Part shown: positions 39,446-48,054 of the stretch, piece after piece
How positions within the stretch are numbered: the stretch's first letter is position 1
Layout of the letters: every line of letters starts with the position of its first letter
From: Parcubacteria group bacterium
GTDB lineage: Bacteria > Patescibacteriota > Patescibacteriia > UBA1558 > GWA2-36-10
Length of the DNA: 64,000 bases
NCBI GenBank assembly: GCA_003104935.1
Contig: PQAE01000010.1
Coordinates: 13,768-77,767 of the forward strand
Direction: 5' to 3'
The notes under the pieces: model-generated
Told to the model about the DNA's origin: nothing
What the model saw: the letters and a program-made list of their open reading frames with translations, nothing else
The model's database searches: none
Translations under genes and position numbers: made by a program

Positions 39446-39460
39446 TAAAATGTATAAATC

Positions 39461-40039
39461 CTATTCTACAAATCTCTTATAGTCAAAAATCACTTCCCGG
39501 TCGCCGAACCAGTGCTTGATTTCGTGCTCGGCTTCCTGGGGCGTCTCGGAGGCGTGGACCAGATTCATCACTGCTCTTTTCTCGCTATTGGCCACTGAGG
39601 GAGAATCGGCGCTATAGTCGCCCCGGATCGTGCCCATGTCGGCCATACCCGGGATAGTGGCTCCGCAAATTTTACGCACCATATCTACCGAGTGCACTCC
39701 TTCTACGACCATCCTGACCAAGGGAGCGGAAGTCATATATTCGATCAGCCACTTGCGGACCATCTGACCGATCTTTAAATCATTATCCGTGCCTAATTCT
39801 TTATTCGGATCAATGCCATACTTGGCATAAGTAGCCAGAGTTTTTTGGCCCAGGCGGCTGATCCAGGCCTCATCTTTGGGATAATGATCATGGATCTGCT
39901 CCACAGTCGGCATAAACATCTCTAGAGCCACGACTTTAAGATCGCGCTGTTCAAAGCGGCGGATAATCTCCCCAATCAGACCCTTCTTAACTCCGTCCGG
40001 CTTGATCATCACGTAAGTTTTTTCTTTTTTAAAATCCAT
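39461..40039 (-). CDS. ndk: nucleoside diphosphate kinase (with insertions)
   Basis: 192 aa; YVMIKPDGVKKGLIGEIIRRFEQ, TIRGDY, NLVHASETPQEAEHEIKHWF. Confidence 0.85.
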   Translation of the reverse strand: MDFKKEKTYVMIKPDGVKKGLIGEIIRRFEQRDLKVVALEMFMPTVEQIHDHYPKDEAWISRLGQKTLATYAKYGIDPNKELGTDNDLKIGQMVRKWLIEYMTSAPLVRMVVEGVHSVDMVRKICGATIPGMADMGTIRGDYSADSPSVANSEKRAVMNLVHASETPQEAEHEIKHWFGDREVIFDYKRFVE

Positions 40040-40129
40040 AATTATTCTTTATAAAATGTCCGCCAGAGGCGCCTGCCCGCCAGTGCCTGACATGGCAGGT
40101 GGGGATCCGCACCTCGCTCTGGCTCGGGC

Positions 40130-40161
40130 GGAAAATCACCCCGACGATAAGGTACGGGGTG
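40130..40161 (-). terminator. intrinsic terminator after receiver-domain gene
   Basis: Minus: caccccgtaccttatcgtcggggtg followed by attttcc. Confidence 0.5.
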
Positions 40162-40182
40162 AATCTTGATCAGACTATATAA

Positions 40183-40572
40183 CTATTTAGTTGATTTGTC
40201 CATCTGCTTCTTTACTTCCGCTACCACTTCAGCGGGAGTAATATTGGCTTTGACCAGATAGCCGATCGCACCCATTTTTTTTCCGCGGTCGATATCTTCT
40301 TCCTGTCCCAAGTTGGTTAGTAGTATCACCGGGATCTTAGCCATTTCCGGATCCTCTTTTAAGGTCTTAAGTACGGAAAAACCGTCCATCTTGGGCATGA
40401 TGATATCCAACAATATAAAATCTGGCTTTTCTTCTTTAGCCAGTTTTAGGCCGGCCGCGCCGTCCAAAGCTTTCACTAAATCAAAACCCTCGTTTTTAAA
40501 CTTGACCTCATACATATTGGCCAGCATCTCCTCATCTTCAATCAGCAGAACTTTAAATTTTTTATCCGCCAT
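40183..40572 (-). CDS. stand-alone CheY-like response-regulator receiver domain protein
   Basis: 129 aa; KVLLIEDEEMLANMY, FILLDIIMPKMDG, AIGYLVKA. Confidence 0.85.
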   Translation of the reverse strand: MADKKFKVLLIEDEEMLANMYEVKFKNEGFDLVKALDGAAGLKLAKEEKPDFILLDIIMPKMDGFSVLKTLKEDPEMAKIPVILLTNLGQEEDIDRGKKMGAIGYLVKANITPAEVVAEVKKQMDKSTK

Positions 40573-40603
40573 ATTTATTTATTTTTAATGATTTACTGCT
40601 TAT

Positions 40604-40632
40604 ATTATAGGCCAAACAAAGTCAAAAATCAA
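40604..40632 (-). promoter_or_regulatory. promoter TTGATT-N17-TATAAT for the receiver gene
   Basis: Minus -35 at 40632-40627, -10 at 40609-40604. Confidence 0.5.
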
Positions 40633-40634
40633 GT

Positions 40635-40863
40635 AAAAAGAAACCGGGTCCAGCCTGTGCTGAACCCGGGAGAAAGGTGACTGTCATGTCCAGTATTTGG
40701 GGCACTTTCCGGTTGCCCCCGACCCGCCCAGTTCCCCATGAGGGCTACAGCTTACTCTCCAGACGCGCATTCATACTGAACACTGTTCCTTCCTTTAGTA
40801 CCTCGGTAGGTACCTCGGCAACTGCAGGTCTCTAGCCACCCGACGGGTAGCGAAAAACGCTGC
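40635..40863 (-). ncRNA. candidate small RNA 1 (about 230 nt) with its own consensus promoter and terminator, family unassigned
   Basis: Perfect minus-strand TTGACA-N17-TATAAT (40898-40870). 11-bp hairpin ccgggttcagc/gctggacccgg followed by tttcttttt (40670-40635). No credible ORF. Internal GGGGCA-accggaaag-UGCCCC hairpin; tandem tacctcgg repeat. Confidence 0.45.
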
Positions 40864-40869
40864 GTATTT

Positions 40870-40898
40870 ATTATAATACCTGATATTTTGAGTGTCAA
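40870..40898 (-). promoter_or_regulatory. perfect consensus sigma70 promoter TTGACA-N17-TATAAT
   Basis: Minus -35 at 40898-40893, -10 at 40875-40870. Confidence 0.6.
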
Positions 40899-40943
40899 CA
40901 CGTCTGGAAACCTCGGCTTCTAGCTGGGTCAATAAACAATATT

Positions 40944-41177
40944 TTGCAAAAAAAGGACCCAACCGAAGTTGGGTCCAGCCTTGCACCACTCTGGGGGCAA
41001 GTTCGCGGCGTTGAAAGAGCCAGGTGCTCTGGGCAAGTATTATGCCCGTTTTCTCTTAGGCTACTTGCTGGCACCCTTCGAGAAACGATTCATAGAAAGC
41101 ACGCTCCTAGGACTTACCTCGAGTGCCGGTTCTCCGCATCCGGTTTTACGCTATCCCGAGGATAACTAAAACACGGC
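40944..41177 (-). ncRNA. candidate small RNA 2 (about 230 nt), family unassigned
   Basis: Minus promoter TTGATT-N18-TATAAT (41213-41184); terminator ggacccaacttcggttgggtcc followed by ttttttt (40976-40948). 3' region shares GGCUGGACCC with sRNA 1. No ORF. Confidence 0.4.
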
Positions 41178-41183
41178 AAATAT

Positions 41184-41213
41184 ATTATAAGCCTATTTGC
41201 CATTTGCAATCAA
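41184..41213 (-). promoter_or_regulatory. promoter TTGATT-N18-TATAAT
   Basis: Overlaps the stop codon of the comEC MBL-domain gene. Confidence 0.45.
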
Positions 41214-42034
41214 TAGCTTATGGTCTGACCGTCACTAATTACTCTGATCGTCCCCTGATTTTGCGTATTTACTATTTTGCAACCTGAATTTTCTAAGCGC
41301 TTGACGGCCTCCGGGTGCGGATGGCCAAACTTATTATCTTTGCCCGACGTAATCACACAAAGCTCCGGATTCACAGCCTGCAAAAATGCCTGGCCGGAAG
41401 AATACTTACTGCCGTGGTGACCGACTTTTAAAACTTCCGAACTAACCAGCGAGCCCTGCGCTAAAATATTTTGTTCACCCTCGACCGGCAAATCACCCGT
41501 CATCAAAAAATCAATCTGACCATAGCTTAATCTTAAGACTAATGAATTACCGTTAAAATCCTGTTGCTTATCTTCCGCCGATAAAACCCGGACCGATAAA
41601 TTATCGGCGAAAATAAATTTTTGGTCGGCGCGAACTATAGTGGACTCTAATTTGTGCTGAACTAAAGCTTTTTGCCAGAGTTGATACATAAAATCTTTGT
41701 CCGGCTGATGAGCAGTTACCAAAACATGCTCTACTTTATATTTATTCAGCAACTCTACCAAACCGATTATGTGATCGGCGTGGTAATGAGTGATCACCAG
41801 ATAATCTATTTTCCTTTCCCACCAGGGTAAAAAATCCGCCAGCTGGGATAAAAAACTATTGTCGGGCCCGCCGTCAATCAGGATGTTTTGTCCGCTCGGT
41901 GTGCGGACGATGATCGCATCGCCCTGTCCTACGTCCAGGAAACCTACATGCAATTTTTGCCCGGTCCGGAAAGTCGTAACCAATAAACCCAACAACAGCA
42001 AAATGACAAAAATTAAATACCCATATTTATTCAT
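41210..42034 (-). CDS. comEC: ComEC/Rec2 C-terminal metallo-beta-lactamase domain protein
   Basis: 274 aa; LDVGQGDAIIV, ITHYHADHIIG, KVGHHGSKYSS, FGHPHPEAVKRL. Confidence 0.75.
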   Translation of the reverse strand: MNKYGYLIFVILLLLGLLVTTFRTGQKLHVGFLDVGQGDAIIVRTPSGQNILIDGGPDNSFLSQLADFLPWWERKIDYLVITHYHADHIIGLVELLNKYKVEHVLVTAHQPDKDFMYQLWQKALVQHKLESTIVRADQKFIFADNLSVRVLSAEDKQQDFNGNSLVLRLSYGQIDFLMTGDLPVEGEQNILAQGSLVSSEVLKVGHHGSKYSSGQAFLQAVNPELCVITSGKDNKFGHPHPEAVKRLENSGCKIVNTQNQGTIRVISDGQTISY

Positions 42035-43337
42035 AGTGGTAAGGTTTTAACAGCCAAGTGATGATAAAAAGCAAAGTCAGGGCTAGCCAAAGATAAGAGA
42101 CCGGAAAAACTCCCAAAGTCAGAAAAGCTCCGGGCCAACCGGCCAGATACTCGGCGGTCATAACCATTATTTTTAATAATATAAATAAAGGCCAGGCCAG
42201 GAGCCAGGCTAATAATGGCCAGAAACCAAAGATGCCTAACAGCATGCTGAGAATCAGTGTCAGCGTAGATAGGGGCACGATAATCAGATTAGCCACAGGC
42301 GCTACCAATGAAAAAATGCCAAAATAATAGACAATCAGAGGCGTGGTAAAAATCTGAGCGGCCAAAGTCACTGCACAGACTTCGCGGATACCAAAAATCT
42401 CCGGCATAAAAAATAATAGCTTATTAAAAAATTTGCCGTAGCAAAGAAGTCCTAAAACCGCCAGAAAAGACAATTGCCAGCCGACGTCATAGAGCAAAAC
42501 ATAAGGATTGAGCAGAACGATAATATCGGCCGACCACAGCAGACTAAAAAATGGCGTACTGCGCCGACCCAGAGCCTGGCCGATAAAAACTACAAACAGC
42601 ATGATCACTGAGCGCACCGCCGAACCCGGCAAACCGGTCAGAAATAAATAAAACAAAATAATTAATAAGACCAGCCAAAGAGCATTTTGACGCGACCAGC
42701 CTAAAGCTATCAAAATAGTATTGAGCAACCAGGCGATGACCACCATATGCATGCCGGAGATGGCGATGACATGGCTCAAGCCCACCCGGGCAAATGCTTG
42801 ATTGACTGTGGCCGGCACCTCCCGACTGGTAGCCAAAAGCATGGCCTTACCCAGGGAGGAAGACGGTTCTACTAAATAATCATTGAGGTTTTGCCAAAGA
42901 TATTTTTTGACCCGGTAGAAGTAATAGCGCACGCCTCTTTCCTGCCCGATCACTTTTATTTTCGGCCACTGGCAGACGGCACTGATCTTATCCTTAGCCA
43001 GATATTTATCGTAAAAAAATTCCCGACCGCGGGCATCAACTAATGGTTCCGGCAATTTTAAGCGGCAATTGATCTGTAAAATATCGCCGATATCATATTC
43101 CGGATAAAGAGGTAAGTAGGTAATCAGCCGTCCGCTAAAACCAGGCAGCCGGCGCGGCGCTACCACCATCTGCCAGCCGTCAGTCTTTTTATCAAGTTTA
43201 ACAATACTGGCTTCAAAATCATAGAGCCGGCTGAAATCAAAATCAATATTCTGGTTATGATCCCAAAATATCAGCCAACAAAAATCAGCCAACAAAAAAA
43301 GGAGGCTTACACTCAAAAACCATCTGCTTTTAGGCAT
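42027..43337 (-). CDS. comEC: ComEC/Rec2 N-terminal membrane 'competence' domain protein
   Basis: 436 aa; VGLSHVIAISGMHMVVIAW; multiple TM; 8-nt overlap (ATGAATAA) with MBL-domain ORF. Confidence 0.7.
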   Translation of the reverse strand: MPKSRWFLSVSLLFLLADFCWLIFWDHNQNIDFDFSRLYDFEASIVKLDKKTDGWQMVVAPRRLPGFSGRLITYLPLYPEYDIGDILQINCRLKLPEPLVDARGREFFYDKYLAKDKISAVCQWPKIKVIGQERGVRYYFYRVKKYLWQNLNDYLVEPSSSLGKAMLLATSREVPATVNQAFARVGLSHVIAISGMHMVVIAWLLNTILIALGWSRQNALWLVLLIILFYLFLTGLPGSAVRSVIMLFVVFIGQALGRRSTPFFSLLWSADIIVLLNPYVLLYDVGWQLSFLAVLGLLCYGKFFNKLLFFMPEIFGIREVCAVTLAAQIFTTPLIVYYFGIFSLVAPVANLIIVPLSTLTLILSMLLGIFGFWPLLAWLLAWPLFILLKIMVMTAEYLAGWPGAFLTLGVFPVSYLWLALTLLFIITWLLKPYHYE

Positions 43338-43386
43338 CTCATAAATCGCTTTATCTTCTCTTCTTCTCTAAACTAAACAATAAAAC

Positions 43387-44856
43387 TTAGTTAGTCAAGA
43401 TGGCCGGCGCCAAAGGAAAATCCGGCAATTGATACCCATTGTACTGCTCCTCCTCGGCTGACCACCAGATATTGGCCGAAGTTTTTCCCCCTAGCGGCTC
43501 GTCATCGCCCGGCAAATACACTCGCAGGCCAGCATCTTTTTCCATACTTTTTACTTTGGCTAATAATTTAATATCGGCTGTCTGTCCGGCTTCTATTTTT
43601 ATCGGCAAAGACAAATCCGCCATCAGACGGTCGTCGCTTAATTTTAAATTTACCAGATAGACTTTGTCATTGACCCAGATTTCCCAACCATTTACATCCA
43701 GTCCCGTCAAGTCGATGCTCCAGGTCAGGCGTTTTATTTTTAAATCTGCTCCGCCGTGGGCCCGGACCTGTAAATTATAAACTTCGTTCCAGCCCGGAAT
43801 CAAACGGCGGTCAGTAGTGGCGGCCATAAACTCCAAATAATAGGGCTTGATCTCCACCGAATTTAAGGCTAATTTATCCGACAACATAACTTCCTGGCCG
43901 CTAATTAAGCCTTGTCCGCCGGCTTGACTGACATGCCACTGATAAACACCCGCTCCTAGTTTTGCCGAACGAATAATAAACTGCCGGGGTTGGTCCTTAA
44001 CTAAAGTCAATGGTCTGATAATTTCAAAACTTATCTGCCCCTGCTCGGCCGTAGCAGAACCCACTAAATTCTCATCATTATATAATTGAAAATCAGCCGA
44101 CAAATTATTACTGGCTCCGATAGACTCAAAAGAAAGAGCTAGAGACTCAAGTTCCACCGATTCATCGGGCGCCAGCAATTGGAAACGGGCTAAATCAGCT
44201 GTCTCCCCGACGGCAAATATAACCTTATTCGGTACGGGAAGATTTTGAGCTAGCAAGCTCGACTGGCCGCTAAAGGAGATGGTTCCTCCGGTTACCGGAT
44301 AAGTAGCTTGCGGATAAAATATATGCCCTTGGTATCCCAGAACTACGCTGGCCTTATCGGGCAGAGCCAATTGGATCACCTGTCCGGCCCGAACATAATC
44401 TTGATTATTTAAAATAAAACTAAATTGGTTCAGGCCGCGGGCTAAGACGTAGTGATCAATGGAAAAATAAATATTGCCGTGGTCATCATATTTATCAATT
44501 TGCCCTAATTGCGTCTGGCCCTGAAAAAGATGCAGGCCGTCGAACAGGGCTGGGTCATAAATTCCATTAACATTAACCTTTAACTTGCGCAGTTCCACTC
44601 CGCTTTGTTCTGTCTTGATCACAAATTTAAAAACCTCCGCCTGAGGAGTAGCCGCGGTCAGGACAATATCAGCCGCCGCCGCGCTTAGGCTGGCATTAAG
44701 ATCATTTGGCTCCGCTACCGCCTCCGGACCACGATGCAGATTAAACAATAGAGCTATCGCCGCCAGCGTTATTAAAAAAACTCCCCCGTGAGCTCTGAGA
44801 TCTGTCCGTTGGCGCCGCGGCCGTAATCTGGCTAGTGGTGTCAGATGTTCAAACAT
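43387..44856 (-). CDS. hypothetical secreted/membrane-anchored protein (489 aa)
   Basis: N-terminal TM anchor; beta-rich extracellular region; no recognisable motif. Confidence 0.4.
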   Translation of the reverse strand: MFEHLTPLARLRPRRQRTDLRAHGGVFLITLAAIALLFNLHRGPEAVAEPNDLNASLSAAAADIVLTAATPQAEVFKFVIKTEQSGVELRKLKVNVNGIYDPALFDGLHLFQGQTQLGQIDKYDDHGNIYFSIDHYVLARGLNQFSFILNNQDYVRAGQVIQLALPDKASVVLGYQGHIFYPQATYPVTGGTISFSGQSSLLAQNLPVPNKVIFAVGETADLARFQLLAPDESVELESLALSFESIGASNNLSADFQLYNDENLVGSATAEQGQISFEIIRPLTLVKDQPRQFIIRSAKLGAGVYQWHVSQAGGQGLISGQEVMLSDKLALNSVEIKPYYLEFMAATTDRRLIPGWNEVYNLQVRAHGGADLKIKRLTWSIDLTGLDVNGWEIWVNDKVYLVNLKLSDDRLMADLSLPIKIEAGQTADIKLLAKVKSMEKDAGLRVYLPGDDEPLGGKTSANIWWSAEEEQYNGYQLPDFPLAPAILTN

Positions 44857-44899
44857 ATTACTAATATAGCACGAAAACCGCCAAAAATAAATAAAATTA

Positions 44900-45982
44900 T
44901 TAACGGCGAATCCTTTCTAAATTCGCTTTAATAAAGGACATTAGATCGCCGTCCAAAACCGCTTCGGTCTGGCTAGTTTCAAAATTGGTGCGGTGATCTT
45001 TTACCATCTTATAGGGATGAATGACGTAGGAGCGGATTTGATTACCCCAAGCCGCTTCGGTATATTCGCCGCGAAACATCCTTTTCTCCTCTTCCTGTTC
45101 GGCTTCATAATATTTTTTGACCCGACTACGCAGATAAACCATGGCTTGACGCTTGTTTTGCAGTTGCGACCGTTCGTTTTGGCACATAGCTGATATGCCG
45201 GTAGGCAAATGCGTGATCCTCACGGCCGAATCGGTAGTATTGACCGACTGGCCTCCGTGCCCCGAAGAACGATAGGTTTCAACTTTTAGCTCTTCTTCTT
45301 TGATGGAGATTTCGGTTTCCGGTATTTCCGGCAAGACTTCAACCATGGCAAAAGAAGTATGTCGGGCATGATCGGCATCATATGGAGAAAGCCGCACTAA
45401 ACGATGCACTCCGGCTTCGTTTTTTAGATAGCCGTAGACATAATCGCCCCGCACTTCAAAGGCGGTATTTTTTATGCCGGCTTCGGCACCAACGGTACGA
45501 GACAGTGAACGCACCGCCCAGTGGCTGGCTTCGGCTAGACGCAGGTACATCCGCTCCAGCATCGCCGCCCAATCCTGAGCATCCACGCCGCCGGCCCCGC
45601 TGGTGATAGTGATAATAGCCGGTTGGCTGTCATAAGGGCCGTTTAAATATGACTGACGGGACAAATCCGTAAATATTACCTTGATTTCGGCAAGTTCTTT
45701 TTCCAGGTCAGGCGCCAGATCCTCAGATTGCTCTTCCTGACTCAAACTCTGCAAAGCCGCCCATCTCTTTTTTAGATCGCGCCAAACACTAATCTGCTTT
45801 TCCAGTAAAGCGGTTTGGCTACCGATCTTTTTTACCTGTTCCTGATCGCGCCAAAAATCAGGAGCAGACATCTGCTCCCGTAAATTAGCTAATATTTTCT
45901 CCTTGGCCGCCAGATCCAGCTTGTCCATCAATTCCTCTATTTGCCGGCCCAAGCTTTCAACCTGACTTCTGATATCAATCAC
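44900..45982 (-). CDS. prfB: peptide chain release factor 2 (single continuous ORF, no programmed frameshift)
   Basis: 360 aa; GGQ motif (SGHGGQSVNTTDSAVRITHLPTG); SPY/SPF-type RF2 motif RLSPYDADHARHTSFAMVEV. Confidence 0.85.
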   Translation of the reverse strand: MIDIRSQVESLGRQIEELMDKLDLAAKEKILANLREQMSAPDFWRDQEQVKKIGSQTALLEKQISVWRDLKKRWAALQSLSQEEQSEDLAPDLEKELAEIKVIFTDLSRQSYLNGPYDSQPAIITITSGAGGVDAQDWAAMLERMYLRLAEASHWAVRSLSRTVGAEAGIKNTAFEVRGDYVYGYLKNEAGVHRLVRLSPYDADHARHTSFAMVEVLPEIPETEISIKEEELKVETYRSSGHGGQSVNTTDSAVRITHLPTGISAMCQNERSQLQNKRQAMVYLRSRVKKYYEAEQEEEKRMFRGEYTEAAWGNQIRSYVIHPYKMVKDHRTNFETSQTEAVLDGDLMSFIKANLERIRR

Positions 45983-45992
45983 AAATTTTTTA

Positions 45993-46355
45993 TTACTGAC
46001 AATATTGTTTGACTAAAGCTTCCCGGGTCTGAGTATTGCACAACATTTTTTTTATCTCGGGAGTCAAAACAGAAGAAGGGATGATAGCGCTATTGGTCGG
46101 CTGGCTCCCCGGACTGATCGTGGTCAGGGTCTCAAAAAATGGCCGGACTGCTTCGACATAGGTTTTGACAAAAGGCGAAAGATAAATCACGCCGACGACG
46201 ATGGGCCCGATTATGATAATAGCCTTAATCACGCCAAAAATAGTGTTCCAGGTAAAATGCTTTTCTATGCGGTCCAGTCTTTTTTCAATCTTTTCCAAAG
46301 TCACCTGATTGTTACCGACTGATTCTTTACTGGCGATAATTTTATTTTCTTCCAT
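45993..46355 (-). CDS. hypothetical small membrane protein
   Basis: 120 aa; one TM helix. Confidence 0.35.
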   Translation of the reverse strand: MEENKIIASKESVGNNQVTLEKIEKRLDRIEKHFTWNTIFGVIKAIIIIGPIVVGVIYLSPFVKTYVEAVRPFFETLTTISPGSQPTNSAIIPSSVLTPEIKKMLCNTQTREALVKQYCQ

Positions 46356-46360
46356 ATATA

Positions 46361-46852
46361 TTATTTTGTCTTACGGCCAGATTTTTTGGTCTGACGACTT
46401 TTTTTGTTCAACAACACGGCTAACTCCCGCTGGAAAGTATTGGCATCTTTAAACGAACGGTAGACTGAGGCATAGCGGATATAGGCCACCTGATCAAACA
46501 GGCGCAACCGCTTCATCACTACTTCACCTAGTTCCCGGGAGGTAATCTCGCTACGGGCTTTTTTCTGGACGTCCCGTTCTATCTCCCGTACCAATTTTTG
46601 AAAATCTTCTTCCAGATAAGGACGTTTTTCCAGGGGAATACGCAAGCCGCGGATTAACTTGTCACGATTATAGCTTTCCCGGCGACCGTCGCGCTTGATC
46701 ACTACTAGATCCAAAATTTCAATTTCCTCCAGAGTGGAAAAACGATAATGACACTTATAACAATCCCGACGGCGCCTAATGCTAAAACCCTCGCCGCTGA
46801 GACGAGAGTCAATCACCTTGGTATCTCGGGAATTGCAGATGGGACAATTCAT
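46361..46852 (-). CDS. nrdR: transcriptional repressor NrdR
   Basis: 163 aa; N-terminal zinc ribbon MNCPICNSRDTKVIDSR...CYKCHYRF plus ATP-cone. Confidence 0.85.
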   Translation of the reverse strand: MNCPICNSRDTKVIDSRLSGEGFSIRRRRDCYKCHYRFSTLEEIEILDLVVIKRDGRRESYNRDKLIRGLRIPLEKRPYLEEDFQKLVREIERDVQKKARSEITSRELGEVVMKRLRLFDQVAYIRYASVYRSFKDANTFQRELAVLLNKKSRQTKKSGRKTK

Positions 46853-48039
46853 CGATTATGTAATTTTTTCCGCAAAAACGCGGGAATTTCCAATTCCTCT
46901 TCTTCCTTAGTCTTGGGTACTTCAATAGTTTCTTTTTCGGCTTCGTTTTCGCGGGTATTTTTCTTAAAAGCTTTTTTAATGGTCATTTCTTCGGCTTTCT
47001 TGGCAAAGGTCTCGGGATAAGACATAGTCGCCCGCAAAGGAGCCGTTTCCTGGCGAGACAAATCTTCCGCACCCCTAAAACCGGTGGCAATTACCGTAAT
47101 TTTTAATTCATCACCCAAAGAATCGTCAATATTGGCGCCGAAAATCACCTTGGCTTCAGCATCACAGCTGGCGGTAATAATTTCGGCCGCCTCCGATACT
47201 TCGTGCATGGTCAGAGTGGTGGAGCTTCCGGTTACGGTAAATAAAACCCCGGTAGCGCCGTTAATTGATAATTCCAAAAGCGGACTATCGATGGCGGCGC
47301 GGGCCGCTTCCTGGGCCCTATTTTCGCCGCTGGCCCGACCAATACCCATCAGGGCTGAACCGGCCTGGCGCATAATGGCCTTAACGTCGGCAAAATCCAC
47401 ATTGACCAAACCGGGCACAGTAATCACCTCAGAAATACCCTGCACGCCCTGCTTTAAAACTTCGTCCACAATAGAAAAAGCATCCAGCAAAGAAGTTTTT
47501 TTATCAATAATCTGCAATAAGCGATCGTTTGGTATGGTGATAATCGTATCTACTTTATCAATCAGATTTTCCAAGCCGCGGCTGGCAATATTTTTTCGCT
47601 GTACTCCTTCAAAAGTAAAAGGCTTGGTCACTACCGCCACCGTCAGAGCGCCGGCTTCGCGGGCAATGTCAGCGATCACCGGTGCCGCTCCAGATCCCGT
47701 ACCGCCGCCTAAGCCGCAGGTTATAAAAACCATGTCCGCACCTTTCAAAACTTCGATAATATCCGCTTCATTTTCTTCGGCGCTTTTCAATCCCAAATCC
47801 GGATCCATGCCGGCACCCAGGCCTTTGGTAGTATTACGGCCGATGTGAATCTTCTTGGGAGCGACCGAATGGTGCAGAGCCTGGGCATCGGTATTAACCG
47901 CAATAAACTCTACCCCTCGGATGCGGGAAGCGACCATGCGATTAACCGCCGAACCGCCCGATCCACCCACTCCTACCACTTTGATGTTGGCAAATGTTTC
48001 TACGGGAGGCATAACTTCTTTGATATTTTTCTTAACCAT
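46849..48039 (-). CDS. ftsZ: cell division GTPase FtsZ
   Basis: 396 aa; GVGGSGGSAVNRM, GLGGGTGSGAAPVIA. Confidence 0.95.
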   Translation of the reverse strand: MVKKNIKEVMPPVETFANIKVVGVGGSGGSAVNRMVASRIRGVEFIAVNTDAQALHHSVAPKKIHIGRNTTKGLGAGMDPDLGLKSAEENEADIIEVLKGADMVFITCGLGGGTGSGAAPVIADIAREAGALTVAVVTKPFTFEGVQRKNIASRGLENLIDKVDTIITIPNDRLLQIIDKKTSLLDAFSIVDEVLKQGVQGISEVITVPGLVNVDFADVKAIMRQAGSALMGIGRASGENRAQEAARAAIDSPLLELSINGATGVLFTVTGSSTTLTMHEVSEAAEIITASCDAEAKVIFGANIDDSLGDELKITVIATGFRGAEDLSRQETAPLRATMSYPETFAKKAEEMTIKKAFKKNTRENEAEKETIEVPKTKEEEELEIPAFLRKKLHNR

Positions 48040-48054
48040 TGCTTTATAATTAAT

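Noticed and set aside
40635-40863. SAM-I (S-box) riboswitch assignment for candidate sRNA 1
   Set aside because: Only a GGCAACC...GUGCC P3-like hairpin and a possible GGAGAG/CUUUCUCC P1 are present. The kink-turn GA motif, P2 pseudoknot partner and P4 GAAAGAUGAG elements are not convincingly there. The unit also has its own terminator followed by a separate promoter for the downstream gene. Kept as unassigned sRNA.
40795-40989. 64-aa minus-strand ORF in the REC upstream region
   Set aside because: It spans a terminator hairpin and a complete -35/-10 promoter, has no SD, and an Arg/Tyr-rich nonsense composition. The region is better explained as two sRNA units.
44900-45982. Programmed +1 frameshift in prfB
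   Set aside because: The RF2 ORF is continuous from its N-terminus (360 aa); no CUU UGA shifty site.
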